From positions 62,001 through 126,000 of the forward strand of contig CAXGAI010000010.1 in the NCBI GenBank assembly GCA_964007735.1: a DNA stretch of 64,000 nt, written 5' to 3'. The stretch comes from an uncultured Rhodopirellula sp. GTDB taxonomy: Bacteria; Planctomycetota; Planctomycetia; Pirellulales; Pirellulaceae. The position numbers and the translations under genes are program-made. Below the pieces are notes generated by a model. That model was not told the DNA's origin and ran no database searches. It saw only the letters and a list, made by a program, of their open reading frames with translations. Below are positions 32,659 to 42,044 of this stretch, piece by piece; positions within the stretch are counted from its first letter, which is position 1, and every line of letters begins with the position of its first letter.

Positions 32659-33171
32659 ATGGCATTTCTATTCTTTCTTTTTGTCACCGTTTCCTTAACC
32701 GAACTCTACCTCATCATTGAGGTCAGTGGAGCCATCGGGTGGGGTTTCACAATCGGCTGGTCCATCCTCACCGGACTAGCTGGTAGTTGGCTGGCTAAAC
32801 AGGAAGGCCGACGCACGATGGCAAGCATCCAGCAACGCATGGCGCAAATGCAAATGCCCGGTCAGGAACTTGCCGATGCTTTACTCATCGTTATCTCAGG
32901 TGCCTTATTAATCACACCTGGATTCCTCACCGACGTCATTGGATTTACCATTCTATTTCCCGTCACGAGAAGTCTGTATCGAGCGGGAATTGGCAAATGG
33001 TTCAAGACACGTGTTGGTGTCAATCAATTTTATCAACAAAATGCGAACGCATTTGAACACACCGATACCTTTGGTCAAGCAGATCCCTGGGATTCAATTG
33101 TCGAAGGAGAGATCGTTGACGACGATGAAGATCAAAACGATTACATCGAAGGCGAAATTATCTCGGAGTAA
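32659..33171 (+). CDS. fxsA: FxsA-family membrane protein
   Basis: ELYLIIEV...IG, LTGLAGSWLAKQEG, GALLITPGFLTDVIG. Confidence 0.88.
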   Translation: MAFLFFLFVTVSLTELYLIIEVSGAIGWGFTIGWSILTGLAGSWLAKQEGRRTMASIQQRMAQMQMPGQELADALLIVISGALLITPGFLTDVIGFTILFPVTRSLYRAGIGKWFKTRVGVNQFYQQNANAFEHTDTFGQADPWDSIVEGEIVDDDEDQNDYIEGEIISE

Positions 33172-33176
33172 ACCTT

Positions 33177-34301
33177 TCAGCTAAGAACCATCTCAGCAAT
33201 GATGCTTTGAATTCGCTTGTCCATCTCTTCACAAAACAGGACTTTTAGCGGACATTGCGAAATTCCAGACAGCAATGTTTCCAGTGCCGAAGATAAGACC
33301 CGCTGTACTCCGTCCCCGGTTGCTGCTGATACTTTCAGATGAGGCCACTTCGACGAAGTAGTCGCTGATTCAGACAGGTCTGACTTATTACCCACTATTA
33401 ATGTGGGGTAATCCATCAGGGCCCGCTGAGTATCACTATCCCAGGGAGTCGTCATGTCATGAACCCATAGCACAAGATCAGCTGTTGCCAACTGATCTCG
33501 TGCCAACTCCATACCAGCAATTTCGACTGCATCGTCTCCTTCACGTAATCCGGCAGTATCTATAAATTCAACCGGCCACCCTTCGATCACCGCAGGGGCT
33601 CGAAGCAAATCTCGAGTCGTACCTGCCTGTTGATTCACAATTGCGCGTTTATAGCCTACCAATTGATTAATTAAGCTACTTTTACCAGCATTAGGGCGGC
33701 CGGCAATGACCACCGACCAGGGTTCAATGAGATGTTGACCGAACCGACTTGTATGGCAATAGGGTTCCAGAATTTCTTTCGCCTGCTCGATCTCCCCCTG
33801 CTGCTGCCGTTCAATTGCCTTTTCAATAACTTCTTCAACTTCACCATTGGCATGTTGCATCGCCAGTCTCGTTGCCAGAGAGGTTACCGTTCTGGGAAGT
33901 AATTGCTCTACCTTTTTCCAATACGGCAACTCGTTCCCTATCTGCAAGCAAGTCAGTTCCTGCCAGGACAATAACTCACCTCCAGATTGAAGTAAGGAAG
34001 ATGTAACAGCTTCAATTGCTGCAAAGCCGCCATGACAATTTATCTCTATGTCAGATTCCGAAATGCGAGCGATGACGAGTTCCTCGTAAGTTCCATCAAC
34101 GTGCATCCATTTACCAAAAACGATTCGACAAATCGGATAGTCGGAAAAAGGCTGGCCTCCTAACGGATGGAAATACTTCTCGATCACCTCAACAGCAGGG
34201 TTTCCAGATACCAGCAAGGTGGCAATGGCAGATCGCCCTACTGGAGTAACCTGTGCAAACGAAAACCGTGCAGTTTGCTCGGTAATGAAAGCCTGACTCA
34301 T
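33177..34301 (-). CDS. MnmE/TrmE-like GTPase, short form
   Basis: TPVGRSAIA and EINCHGG N-domain; GRPNAGKSS, GTTRD, DTAG, NKSD, SAATG. No C-terminal FC(I/V)GK. Confidence 0.8.
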   Translation of the reverse strand: MSQAFITEQTARFSFAQVTPVGRSAIATLLVSGNPAVEVIEKYFHPLGGQPFSDYPICRIVFGKWMHVDGTYEELVIARISESDIEINCHGGFAAIEAVTSSLLQSGGELLSWQELTCLQIGNELPYWKKVEQLLPRTVTSLATRLAMQHANGEVEEVIEKAIERQQQGEIEQAKEILEPYCHTSRFGQHLIEPWSVVIAGRPNAGKSSLINQLVGYKRAIVNQQAGTTRDLLRAPAVIEGWPVEFIDTAGLREGDDAVEIAGMELARDQLATADLVLWVHDMTTPWDSDTQRALMDYPTLIVGNKSDLSESATTSSKWPHLKVSAATGDGVQRVLSSALETLLSGISQCPLKVLFCEEMDKRIQSIIAEMVLS

Positions 34302-35074
34302 AACTGCAGCCCGGCGTCAACAGCAGCGGCAATTCCTAATAAGCAGAGATTTGCAACCGATTTGCACTCGAATTCGAGATGTTTTTCGATCCAACTATCC
34401 CCACCAGAAATAAAAACAGGCGTCGACTCACCAAGCAACAGAAACTGCTGCTTCACGAGTTCATTAATGGATCCCACAAGTCCCCAGTAAATCCCGGCGG
34501 CGATAGCATCTTGGGTGTTTTCCCCAATCGGCTCTGGAGCGTTGTCTTTATCGAGCATAATTTGTGGCAACTGCGCTGTACCGTCATTGAGTGCCCGGGC
34601 AATCAATGCTGAGCCAGGCATAATCCCCCCTCCAGCGAATGCACCTTGTCGATTCACCACATCAACCGTCACCGCGGTTCCGGAATCAATCACAATCGCA
34701 GGACATGCTGTTGGCTCAAGGAAACGAATAGCGAGAGCAGCAAGCAGTCGATCCGTACCCACCAAATCGACGGCTTCTATGTCAGTATCAATCGGCAACA
34801 TGCTGTTACGCAGTACAGTCACTGTCGCGCTAGGACAAATCGCGACAACTGCTGCTGTAAGGCGCTGACAAGCTTGCTGATTAACACTGGCGATCACCCA
34901 ATGCGTCTGGCTATCAATCATCGCACAAAATGCATTCCATGAGGGAGACTCTAATTCACCCACCGTCAATGTCAAAACTCGGGCCGGGGGCAGTTCCGTT
35001 CTGGATTCCCCCTCTGGAAACCATCCGAGTTTAATACTGCTGTTTCCAATGTCCACAGCCACCAGCGAAGTCAT
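34298..35074 (-). CDS. coaX: Type III pantothenate kinase
   Basis: VDIGNSSIK, GTDR, IDSGTAVTVD, GGGIMPG, NTQDAI, SGGD. Confidence 0.92.
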   Translation of the reverse strand: MTSLVAVDIGNSSIKLGWFPEGESRTELPPARVLTLTVGELESPSWNAFCAMIDSQTHWVIASVNQQACQRLTAAVVAICPSATVTVLRNSMLPIDTDIEAVDLVGTDRLLAALAIRFLEPTACPAIVIDSGTAVTVDVVNRQGAFAGGGIMPGSALIARALNDGTAQLPQIMLDKDNAPEPIGENTQDAIAAGIYWGLVGSINELVKQQFLLLGESTPVFISGGDSWIEKHLEFECKSVANLCLLGIAAAVDAGLQL

Positions 35075-36069
35075 GACTGCTTAGCCTTTTCGAGAGCTTG
35101 ATGGATTGCCTGGGAAAGATCATTAAGCCCCTGGCCTGTAACAGCAGAGATAAGAAATATATTTTCACCTGTTAATGCGGCCAGCTGCGCATGGACTTCT
35201 TCAGCTCCGGGAATCTCCGCTTTCGTAACAGCAACTAATTGCGGACGCTGTACAAGCTGTTCATTGTACTGAGACAACTCTGCTGTAATTGCTTTGAAGT
35301 TATCAAGAGGATCAGTCCCGTCCATTGGTTGTGGCTCCACCAAATGCACAAGAATTCCCGCTCGCTCTATATGCCTTAGGAACTCATGTCCCAGCCCGAC
35401 TCCTTCGGACGCACCTTCGATTAATCCCGGAATATCAGCCATGATAAACGACCGTTCCCAGTCAAGCACTACTCGGCCAAGGTTTGGAAACTTCGTCGTA
35501 AACGGATAGTCAGCAATTTGTGGGGTCGCCTTGGTAACACGACTCAAAAGTGTACTTTTACCAGCATTCGGTTTACCAACCAATCCGACATCAGCAATCA
35601 CTTTCAGCTCGAGGTTTAATTTACGCGCTTCACCGTCTTCACCCGGAGTCCATTCACGAGGAACTTGATTAACCGATGACTTAAATCGGGCGTTCCCCTT
35701 GCCGCCTTTGCCTCCCTTCGCCGCAATAAAAGAGTCTCCGTCATTGACCAGATCCTTCATGACAAAATCGTGTTCAGCATCGACGATGATTGTCCCGGGA
35801 GGCACTTTAATAGTAACATCCTGGCCATCCTTACCCCGGCGATTCTGCCCACTTCCATGATGCCCGCGATCAGCTTTCCAGAATTTCCGATGGCTCAAAG
35901 CCGTTAAGCTATCAACGCCTGCTTCTGCCACAATGTGAATACTACCACCATTACCACCATCGCCCCCATCCGGGCCTCCCCGTGGTACGTACTTCTCACG
36001 ACGGAAACTCAGGCATCCGTCCCCGCCTTTACCGGCGAACAATTCGATAGTGACGCGATCAACAAACAT
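35071..36069 (-). CDS. obgE: GTPase ObgE/CgtA
   Basis: MFVD...FRREKYVPRGGPDGGDGG, GKPNAGKSTL, YPFTT, DIPGLIEGASEGVGLGHEFLRH. Confidence 0.97.
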   Translation of the reverse strand: MFVDRVTIELFAGKGGDGCLSFRREKYVPRGGPDGGDGGNGGSIHIVAEAGVDSLTALSHRKFWKADRGHHGSGQNRRGKDGQDVTIKVPPGTIIVDAEHDFVMKDLVNDGDSFIAAKGGKGGKGNARFKSSVNQVPREWTPGEDGEARKLNLELKVIADVGLVGKPNAGKSTLLSRVTKATPQIADYPFTTKFPNLGRVVLDWERSFIMADIPGLIEGASEGVGLGHEFLRHIERAGILVHLVEPQPMDGTDPLDNFKAITAELSQYNEQLVQRPQLVAVTKAEIPGAEEVHAQLAALTGENIFLISAVTGQGLNDLSQAIHQALEKAKQS

Positions 36070-36116
36070 GAGTAAGTACTAAGGGTTAAGTTTCTAGAAA
36101 GTTCTCTGGCGTACAC

Positions 36117-36153
36117 AAAAAAAGGGACATCCCCCATCGATGGAGACATCCCT
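36117..36153 (-). terminator. Intrinsic terminator between rpmA and obgE
   Basis: Minus strand AGGGATGTCTCC...GGGGATGTCCCT followed by a T-run. Confidence 0.7.
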
Positions 36154-36173
36154 GTTCTTATATTGGAAAAAGC

Positions 36174-36425
36174 TTAGTTGCTGGCAACAACGACATTGAT
36201 GCGGCGGCCTTTGCGGTCAAACTCAACAACTCCGTCTGTCAGAGCAAACAGGGTGTAATCTTTGCCCTGGCCAACATTCTTACCCGGGTGGAATTTATTT
36301 CCGACCTGTCGAACGAGGATATTGCCAGCGATTACTCGCTCACCACCGAATTTTTTCACACCACGACGCTGTGCATTCGAATCGCGACCATTGCGGCTGG
36401 AGCCTTGTCCCTTCTTATGAGCCAT
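36174..36425 (-). CDS. rpmA: 50S ribosomal protein L27
   Basis: [28 protein letters not shown]. Confidence 0.98.
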   Translation of the reverse strand: MAHKKGQGSSRNGRDSNAQRRGVKKFGGERVIAGNILVRQVGNKFHPGKNVGQGKDYTLFALTDGVVEFDRKGRRINVVVASN

Positions 36426-36667
36426 TTTATGAGCCTATCAATTACTTGGTTTCAAATTATTTTATCTGGGTATCGTCGTTCCACCAACGCATGCACTATA
36501 AATTCGCACACGCATCCCGCTAAGGATAAAAACCACGACGCAAAGGTCTTTTTTAAACTGGTAAGGCGTTCTCATCAAGAGGCTAAATTGATTGAATTCA
36601 ACCGAACACCCTGAGTTTGCATCACAGTCACAGGGTTTGCACCAGAATTCTTTTAGCTCGGTAGCGA

Positions 36668-38149
36668 CTATTTATTAATTGGCTGGACTTCTGTCGTTTC
36701 CGGATTTTCAGCCGTGCGGAAAACAGGTGAATTCATACCCGTGTAAATCCACTGATTTTTAGAGAATTTATTCATCCCGTACAATCGCATAATGGCGACC
36801 TGCCTGAGAGTGTAAATCTTATAAATATCTTTCTGTGCATTTTCTGGTCGGTTTAATCGATTTAAATTTACTGGAATCATGACCAATTCACCGACAGTCG
36901 GTTCTTCGCCCTCGGCGATGTAGTCGGTATTCACACGTTGAATATCACGAACCTGTATACCATAGGTTTGTGATATCGACGCCAATGTCTCTCCTGCCGT
37001 GGCTGTATGCAGCCGAACCGGTTCAAGATCGTTATAGCGTTCATGGTTATTTCGTGGGAAGCGAATCAATGTTCCCACGGGGAGTTTATTCGGCGTCGAC
37101 AGAACATCGCGATTAAGCTGATAGATTTCAAGTGCCCGGGATTCGTCACTAAGAAATCGTTTTGCAAGTGACTGAAGGTTATCCCCGGGTTCAGTCGTAT
37201 AAACGATCTCCGGACGCGGGACAGCATTCGGCAGACCATGAAAGATATTGTCCTTCGTTAACTCAATGGTATCACCCGGACGATAGAAGTTGAGTTGCAG
37301 AGTCTTCAATTCGATGACACGACCCGCAGCAATCTCATCACCAACCTGTGGGTTCTCAGCAGTATCTTTGTAGCGATAAGCGTTGGTCAGTCCCTGTACG
37401 TAGAGGGAAAAAAAGTTAGTACGCGGATCGATATCCTCCCACGTCACAACTCCCCAAACACCCTTGCCAGACTCGGCGTCTTCCCGAGGTATTTTTGTGC
37501 TCGCCATTTCCACCGAATTCAATAGACGACCGGGCACCTTCTCAACGCCTGCAATCTCATCTCTAGCCGAGGGGATTAAGCGATCCAGATACTCCTTGGC
37601 CTGCAAATGACTTCGTAGAGTAAAGTAAGGAATAAGGTAACGAAACTGAGCATCCTTGCGGATATTGTTAAATCGAGTATATCGAGGATCAGCCTGCCCG
37701 ATGTTGTCTTGCTGAGCTTCAAAGTGAACTTCTTCACCTAAGTACCGAACACGGTAAACCATGTACCAGATGGTTTTACGTTGCATTTTTCCGGAAACCT
37801 GAGGGATATCAACCTCAATCATGCGAAATGGTTTAAACGTGAATTCCAAACCCCAAACATTTCTTCGCAGCGGAACCTGTAATGACCTCTCGAACAATGT
37901 ACGCGTAGGCGCTGTAAAGTTTGGTTGCCATTTGAGATGAGCTCGAGCTTTGGAAATTTCAATCAGATCGGCCGGAGCGGAATATGTTTCCCCTTCTTCA
38001 ATGGCCGGAGCGACTGTCGTCAGGACTCCCGGAGCCAGTACTCTTTCAGTATTCTGCGCTAAGACATTAGTCGACAGCAGTGCCAAAATCATGGCCATCG
38101 CCACACATGCTGGTTTAGCAAAAACATTGTTTATGGTTTTCATGGTCAT
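36668..38149 (-). CDS. Exported protein with two LysM domains
   Basis: Signal peptide; LysM 1 YTTEPGDNLQSLAKRFL...LPVGTLIRFP; LysM 2 HTATAGETLASISQTYG...VGELVMIP. Confidence 0.8.
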   Translation of the reverse strand: MTMKTINNVFAKPACVAMAMILALLSTNVLAQNTERVLAPGVLTTVAPAIEEGETYSAPADLIEISKARAHLKWQPNFTAPTRTLFERSLQVPLRRNVWGLEFTFKPFRMIEVDIPQVSGKMQRKTIWYMVYRVRYLGEEVHFEAQQDNIGQADPRYTRFNNIRKDAQFRYLIPYFTLRSHLQAKEYLDRLIPSARDEIAGVEKVPGRLLNSVEMASTKIPREDAESGKGVWGVVTWEDIDPRTNFFSLYVQGLTNAYRYKDTAENPQVGDEIAAGRVIELKTLQLNFYRPGDTIELTKDNIFHGLPNAVPRPEIVYTTEPGDNLQSLAKRFLSDESRALEIYQLNRDVLSTPNKLPVGTLIRFPRNNHERYNDLEPVRLHTATAGETLASISQTYGIQVRDIQRVNTDYIAEGEEPTVGELVMIPVNLNRLNRPENAQKDIYKIYTLRQVAIMRLYGMNKFSKNQWIYTGMNSPVFRTAENPETTEVQPINK

Positions 38150-38285
38150 CCTGAGACCTCTTCTCCGGCGAACTCGTCAACAAACATCCAACACACCACT
38201 GTGACGGATGTTTTGACTCGCTCTTAACTCGAGTATAAAAACCGTTTTTTCAAACGGTCAAGTTTTTTTATTATTTCTATGCTGT

Positions 38286-39680
38286 CTAACGCTTAGTGGT
38301 ATCGGTAGATGCCGAAGCAGGGATCGGTTGTTTTCCGGATAGTTCGTTCCGAAAAACAAAAGATTTCACTACCTGTCGATCCTGTAGCCCAAACTGCGAA
38401 ACCTTGTCATTAGGAATCGTAAAGACAAACAAATATTGGTTACCTTTTACATCGGTTACGTGATGGTACACCCACTGGAAAGTTACTTCACCTACGAGCC
38501 CCACTGCGGAGACTCGAAGATGGGGATACTTACCATGGAGAGGCTCTTGATGAGTTTCAGTAAACTCCGCCAACCGCTCACCTAATGATTTCTGAATCTG
38601 CTGTTTAAGTAATTCAACGGTCATTCGTTGGTTGTCGCCTAACGGTTTTAAGCGGCTCAGGCTGCATTGCGAAATTAGATCACCTCGGATGACCTGTCTC
38701 ATCACAAGTAACTCAGGCTGGTCCATCATCACGTGCCAATCACGACTCAATTCCAATTCTATGGCATCCGCCACCGGAACAAGAGAAAGCAATGCGTCCC
38801 GGTCTGTCATCGGCCGGTTGCACTTCTGAATGATCGAGTCATTTAATCTTATAAATTCGTTTAAAGGAGTGGATTTAACGACGACCTTAGCGCTGACGTC
38901 CAGTCCTGGTCTTGCATGCCCAATACCCCGCCGTTCGGTCATATCCAACGACACTTTGGAAAAGCTGCGGCTTGAGATGTCATAAAGAGCCTGCAGAGTT
39001 AATTGAACCTCCGTAAGAACTCCATTGACTCCTCCTGCAATCTCGCCCTGACACACAATCACTGCCTGCCCATTTTCAACAGACTTCAAAGTGGCTTTCA
39101 CATCGTTTTGGGCAACGGCATCCAACGCCAGAATGGCGGAAAGATGGGCAGAGTCAAGTTCCCAGCTATCCCCCGCACTAACCGGTGTCTGCGGAAGTAA
39201 TTGATAAAAGAGTGTTGGACTCAGTTGAGTATTGACAAGATCCAGTTCGTCCCGGGTAAGTTTTCCCTGAGGCGAGTACAGGTGATGTTGGTCGAATTGG
39301 TACTGATCGACAATCAGTTTCCGATTCATTCTTAACGCCGGCTTGACCTGACCTTCTCCGATGGAAACTTTAGATTGTAAGTCATGGTAATAACGAACTG
39401 CTCGACATAATTGGGTCGCCCGTTGATAGCCCAGCCATTGCTCAAAAGATTGGCTGCCAGTAACTTTGACGTTCTCTTCTACCACTCCAAATCGGGTTGT
39501 CTTCATTTTGACTTTGCCTTCGACGGCAATGGCAACGTCTACAGATTGCTGCAATGGTTGATCTGACGGTTGGAAGGTATAAGTTTGAGCCCAAACGCCG
39601 CGCGAGATTTGGCTCATGAATGACAGCAAAGCTGCAATCATCAGAAATCGTTTAATCGGTTTGGGTAAATTCAAATTCAT
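38286..39680 (-). CDS. Hypothetical secreted protein
   Basis: 464-aa ORF with a signal peptide (VWA-Q); beta-rich. Confidence 0.75.
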   Translation of the reverse strand: MNLNLPKPIKRFLMIAALLSFMSQISRGVWAQTYTFQPSDQPLQQSVDVAIAVEGKVKMKTTRFGVVEENVKVTGSQSFEQWLGYQRATQLCRAVRYYHDLQSKVSIGEGQVKPALRMNRKLIVDQYQFDQHHLYSPQGKLTRDELDLVNTQLSPTLFYQLLPQTPVSAGDSWELDSAHLSAILALDAVAQNDVKATLKSVENGQAVIVCQGEIAGGVNGVLTEVQLTLQALYDISSRSFSKVSLDMTERRGIGHARPGLDVSAKVVVKSTPLNEFIRLNDSIIQKCNRPMTDRDALLSLVPVADAIELELSRDWHVMMDQPELLVMRQVIRGDLISQCSLSRLKPLGDNQRMTVELLKQQIQKSLGERLAEFTETHQEPLHGKYPHLRVSAVGLVGEVTFQWVYHHVTDVKGNQYLFVFTIPNDKVSQFGLQDRQVVKSFVFRNELSGKQPIPASASTDTTKR

Positions 39681-40306
39681 TGTCTTTGTATCGGTGCCGA
39701 GGTTTTACATCGCGCAGGCCACGGTGATCCGTTGTCTCGAAAGACCGGTTAATCGATAAATCGACGTATAAACCAACTACGGTTAAGACAATTTACATCT
39801 GAAATGAGTTATTTCAGAGATTTCAGTCGCTGGACGAGTTGCCAAGATTGATCATTTTTTCATAAAAATTCGCTTGTGGCATCGAAAAGCACTGTTTTTA
39901 TAGTCTTTAATCGATAAAAAAGTTCTGCCATCGGCAGGACTAAGCGGTGCACCGTTTACGTATTCGCCACGTAGATATAGGGAAAAGCTTGACATAGGCT
40001 TTATAATAAGTTTAGTCATCTCGTAAATAGTGTTTTGACAGTCTGGTTTGCCAAACCAGGCAAAGGTGCTGAGGGATTCAGAGCCTAAAGCCGAACGTTA
40101 GAATGCTGTTAAAGGTAATCAGGGGCCCGCCACTCGAGACGACAATATAAGATTCCTGATTTGCGTGACGACACTTTGTAACTGAATTCGGAAGTCATTA
40201 ACCGGCTGAATCTTGGGAAGGATTTAGCTCGATGGATGTCATCCTCAGCTCACAGGTGCAATCACATGGAACAGCATGCAGGAGTCTGGCAGAGAAGGGA
40301 ATAGCC

Positions 40307-41980
40307 ATGAACTCATCTTACCGCAGTAATGCGCTGCGCAATTTACGTGACGCTTTAGCTTCCGTCGATGAACGTGAAGTTGTATTGCTTTATGCCCATC
40401 GGATCGAGAAGCTCATCTACGACATCGAGCAAAACCAATCGCTTTCGTTTGGTTACCTGCACCACAGGATAACGGGTCTCAGTTCAACACCTTCAGGCAT
40501 CAACTCAAGTCTCAAGATTTCTGGTGAAGAAATTCATCATGACTTACGGTTGTTGGTCGAAGACTTAACAGAGCACGTTGGCTTAACCGCTGACGAAATT
40601 GTTGAGCCTGTTTACACCGTGCACTCCCTGAGTGAACATCTCAAGGTCTCATCTAAAACGATTTCCCGTTGGCGAAACAATGGCTTAGTCAGTCGTAAAA
40701 TTGTTATCAACGGTCGCAAGCGTGTGGCCTTTACGAATTCCAGTGTGGAAACTTTCATTGCAAACAATCGTGCGAAGGTTTCACGCGGCGAGCGTTTTAG
40801 TCAACTCACCGACTCAGAGCGTCAGGAGATACTGCAACATGGACGACAATTGGCAGCAACCGGCGCCTGTCCGTCCGAAACAGCGCGTCGTTTAGCGGAT
40901 CATTTCAAACGAAGCATTGAGACAATCCGCTACACTCTAAAACGTTATGACACCGACAATCCAACGGATGCCATCTTCCCCCGTGCTCGAGGTAAGCTCT
41001 CGCTCGAATCTAAACGCAGCATTTTCCACCGTTTCAATGAAGGAACGAGTGTTGCGATGCTTGCTCGACAATTCAACCGTACAACGTCAACAATCCATCG
41101 TATTATTAATGAGATGAGACGAGTAGCGATAATGGAGCTACCGCTCGACTATATGCCCTCTGATGAATTTAGTCGCCGTGGTGCCGAAAAGCGAATCATG
41201 GCGCCGATTCCGGATCCGGAAACACCTCCAAGACGAACTCGGGCTCCGAAAGACCTTCCGTCCTACCTATCAGCTCTCTATGAAGTTCCTATATTAACCA
41301 GAGCACAGGAACAACATTTGTTCCGCAAGTACAACTACACAAAGTACCGAGCTGAAAAATTGAGAATACAGTTTGAAAAGACCGGTGACAGTTCGCTGAT
41401 GGACGAGATCGAATCCTGGTGGGGAATTGTCGTGCAATTAAAGCAGGTGATTATTCGTTCCAATTTGAGATTGGTGGTTTCGATTGCTAAACGTCATATG
41501 AAGGCAACGGAAGATTTCTTCACACTTGTCAGTGATGGCAACATGTCACTGATTCGCGCTGCCGAGAAGTTTAACTATGCCTTGGGCAACAAATTTTCGA
41601 CCTATGCTTCTTGGGCAATCATGAAGAATTTCGCTCGTACCATTCCAAATGAGTTTCGGCACCGTGACCGGTTCCGCACAAGTTTGGAAGAAGCGTTCGT
41701 CATGCAAAACGATTCACGAACTAGTCGGCAGCAACTGGAGCTTGAAGATGAGCATCGGAAGTTAGCGATTAGCAGTATCTTGACTCAATTGGACGACCGT
41801 GAACAGAAAATAATCATTAGTCGTTTTGGCCTAACTCCCGGTCACGAGCCACAGACTCTGCAACAGGTCGGTGAGGAGATTGGTGTCACTAAGGAACGCG
41901 TACGTCAGATCGAGGCTAAGGCTTTGAAAAAACTAAGGCGTGAAGCGACGACAGAGCATTTAGAATTGATTGATATTTAA
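40307..41980 (+). CDS. Sigma-70 family RNA polymerase sigma factor with N-terminal HTH modules
   Basis: Region 1.2-like PSYL..LYEVPILTRAQE; region 2 NLRLVVSIAK...KFSTYASWAI; region 4 TLQQVGEEIGVTKERVRQIEAKALKKLR. ATG 40307 follows GAAGGGA. Confidence 0.9.
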   Translation: MNSSYRSNALRNLRDALASVDEREVVLLYAHRIEKLIYDIEQNQSLSFGYLHHRITGLSSTPSGINSSLKISGEEIHHDLRLLVEDLTEHVGLTADEIVEPVYTVHSLSEHLKVSSKTISRWRNNGLVSRKIVINGRKRVAFTNSSVETFIANNRAKVSRGERFSQLTDSERQEILQHGRQLAATGACPSETARRLADHFKRSIETIRYTLKRYDTDNPTDAIFPRARGKLSLESKRSIFHRFNEGTSVAMLARQFNRTTSTIHRIINEMRRVAIMELPLDYMPSDEFSRRGAEKRIMAPIPDPETPPRRTRAPKDLPSYLSALYEVPILTRAQEQHLFRKYNYTKYRAEKLRIQFEKTGDSSLMDEIESWWGIVVQLKQVIIRSNLRLVVSIAKRHMKATEDFFTLVSDGNMSLIRAAEKFNYALGNKFSTYASWAIMKNFARTIPNEFRHRDRFRTSLEEAFVMQNDSRTSRQQLELEDEHRKLAISSILTQLDDREQKIIISRFGLTPGHEPQTLQQVGEEIGVTKERVRQIEAKALKKLRREATTEHLELIDI

Positions 41981-42004
41981 GACGCATTGATTTTAGCTTT
42001 TGAC

Positions 42005-42044
42005 GCGAGCCGATAAATATTCCTATTTATCGGCTCGCTTTTTT
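42005..42044 (+). terminator. Intrinsic terminator after the sigma factor
   Basis: 15-bp perfect stem GCGAGCCGATAAATA-TTCC-TATTTATCGGCTCGC followed by T6. Confidence 0.9.

Noticed and set aside
39989..40007. Perfect TTGACA and TATAAT hexamers
   Set aside because: They are only 7 nt apart, so they cannot form one sigma-70 promoter.
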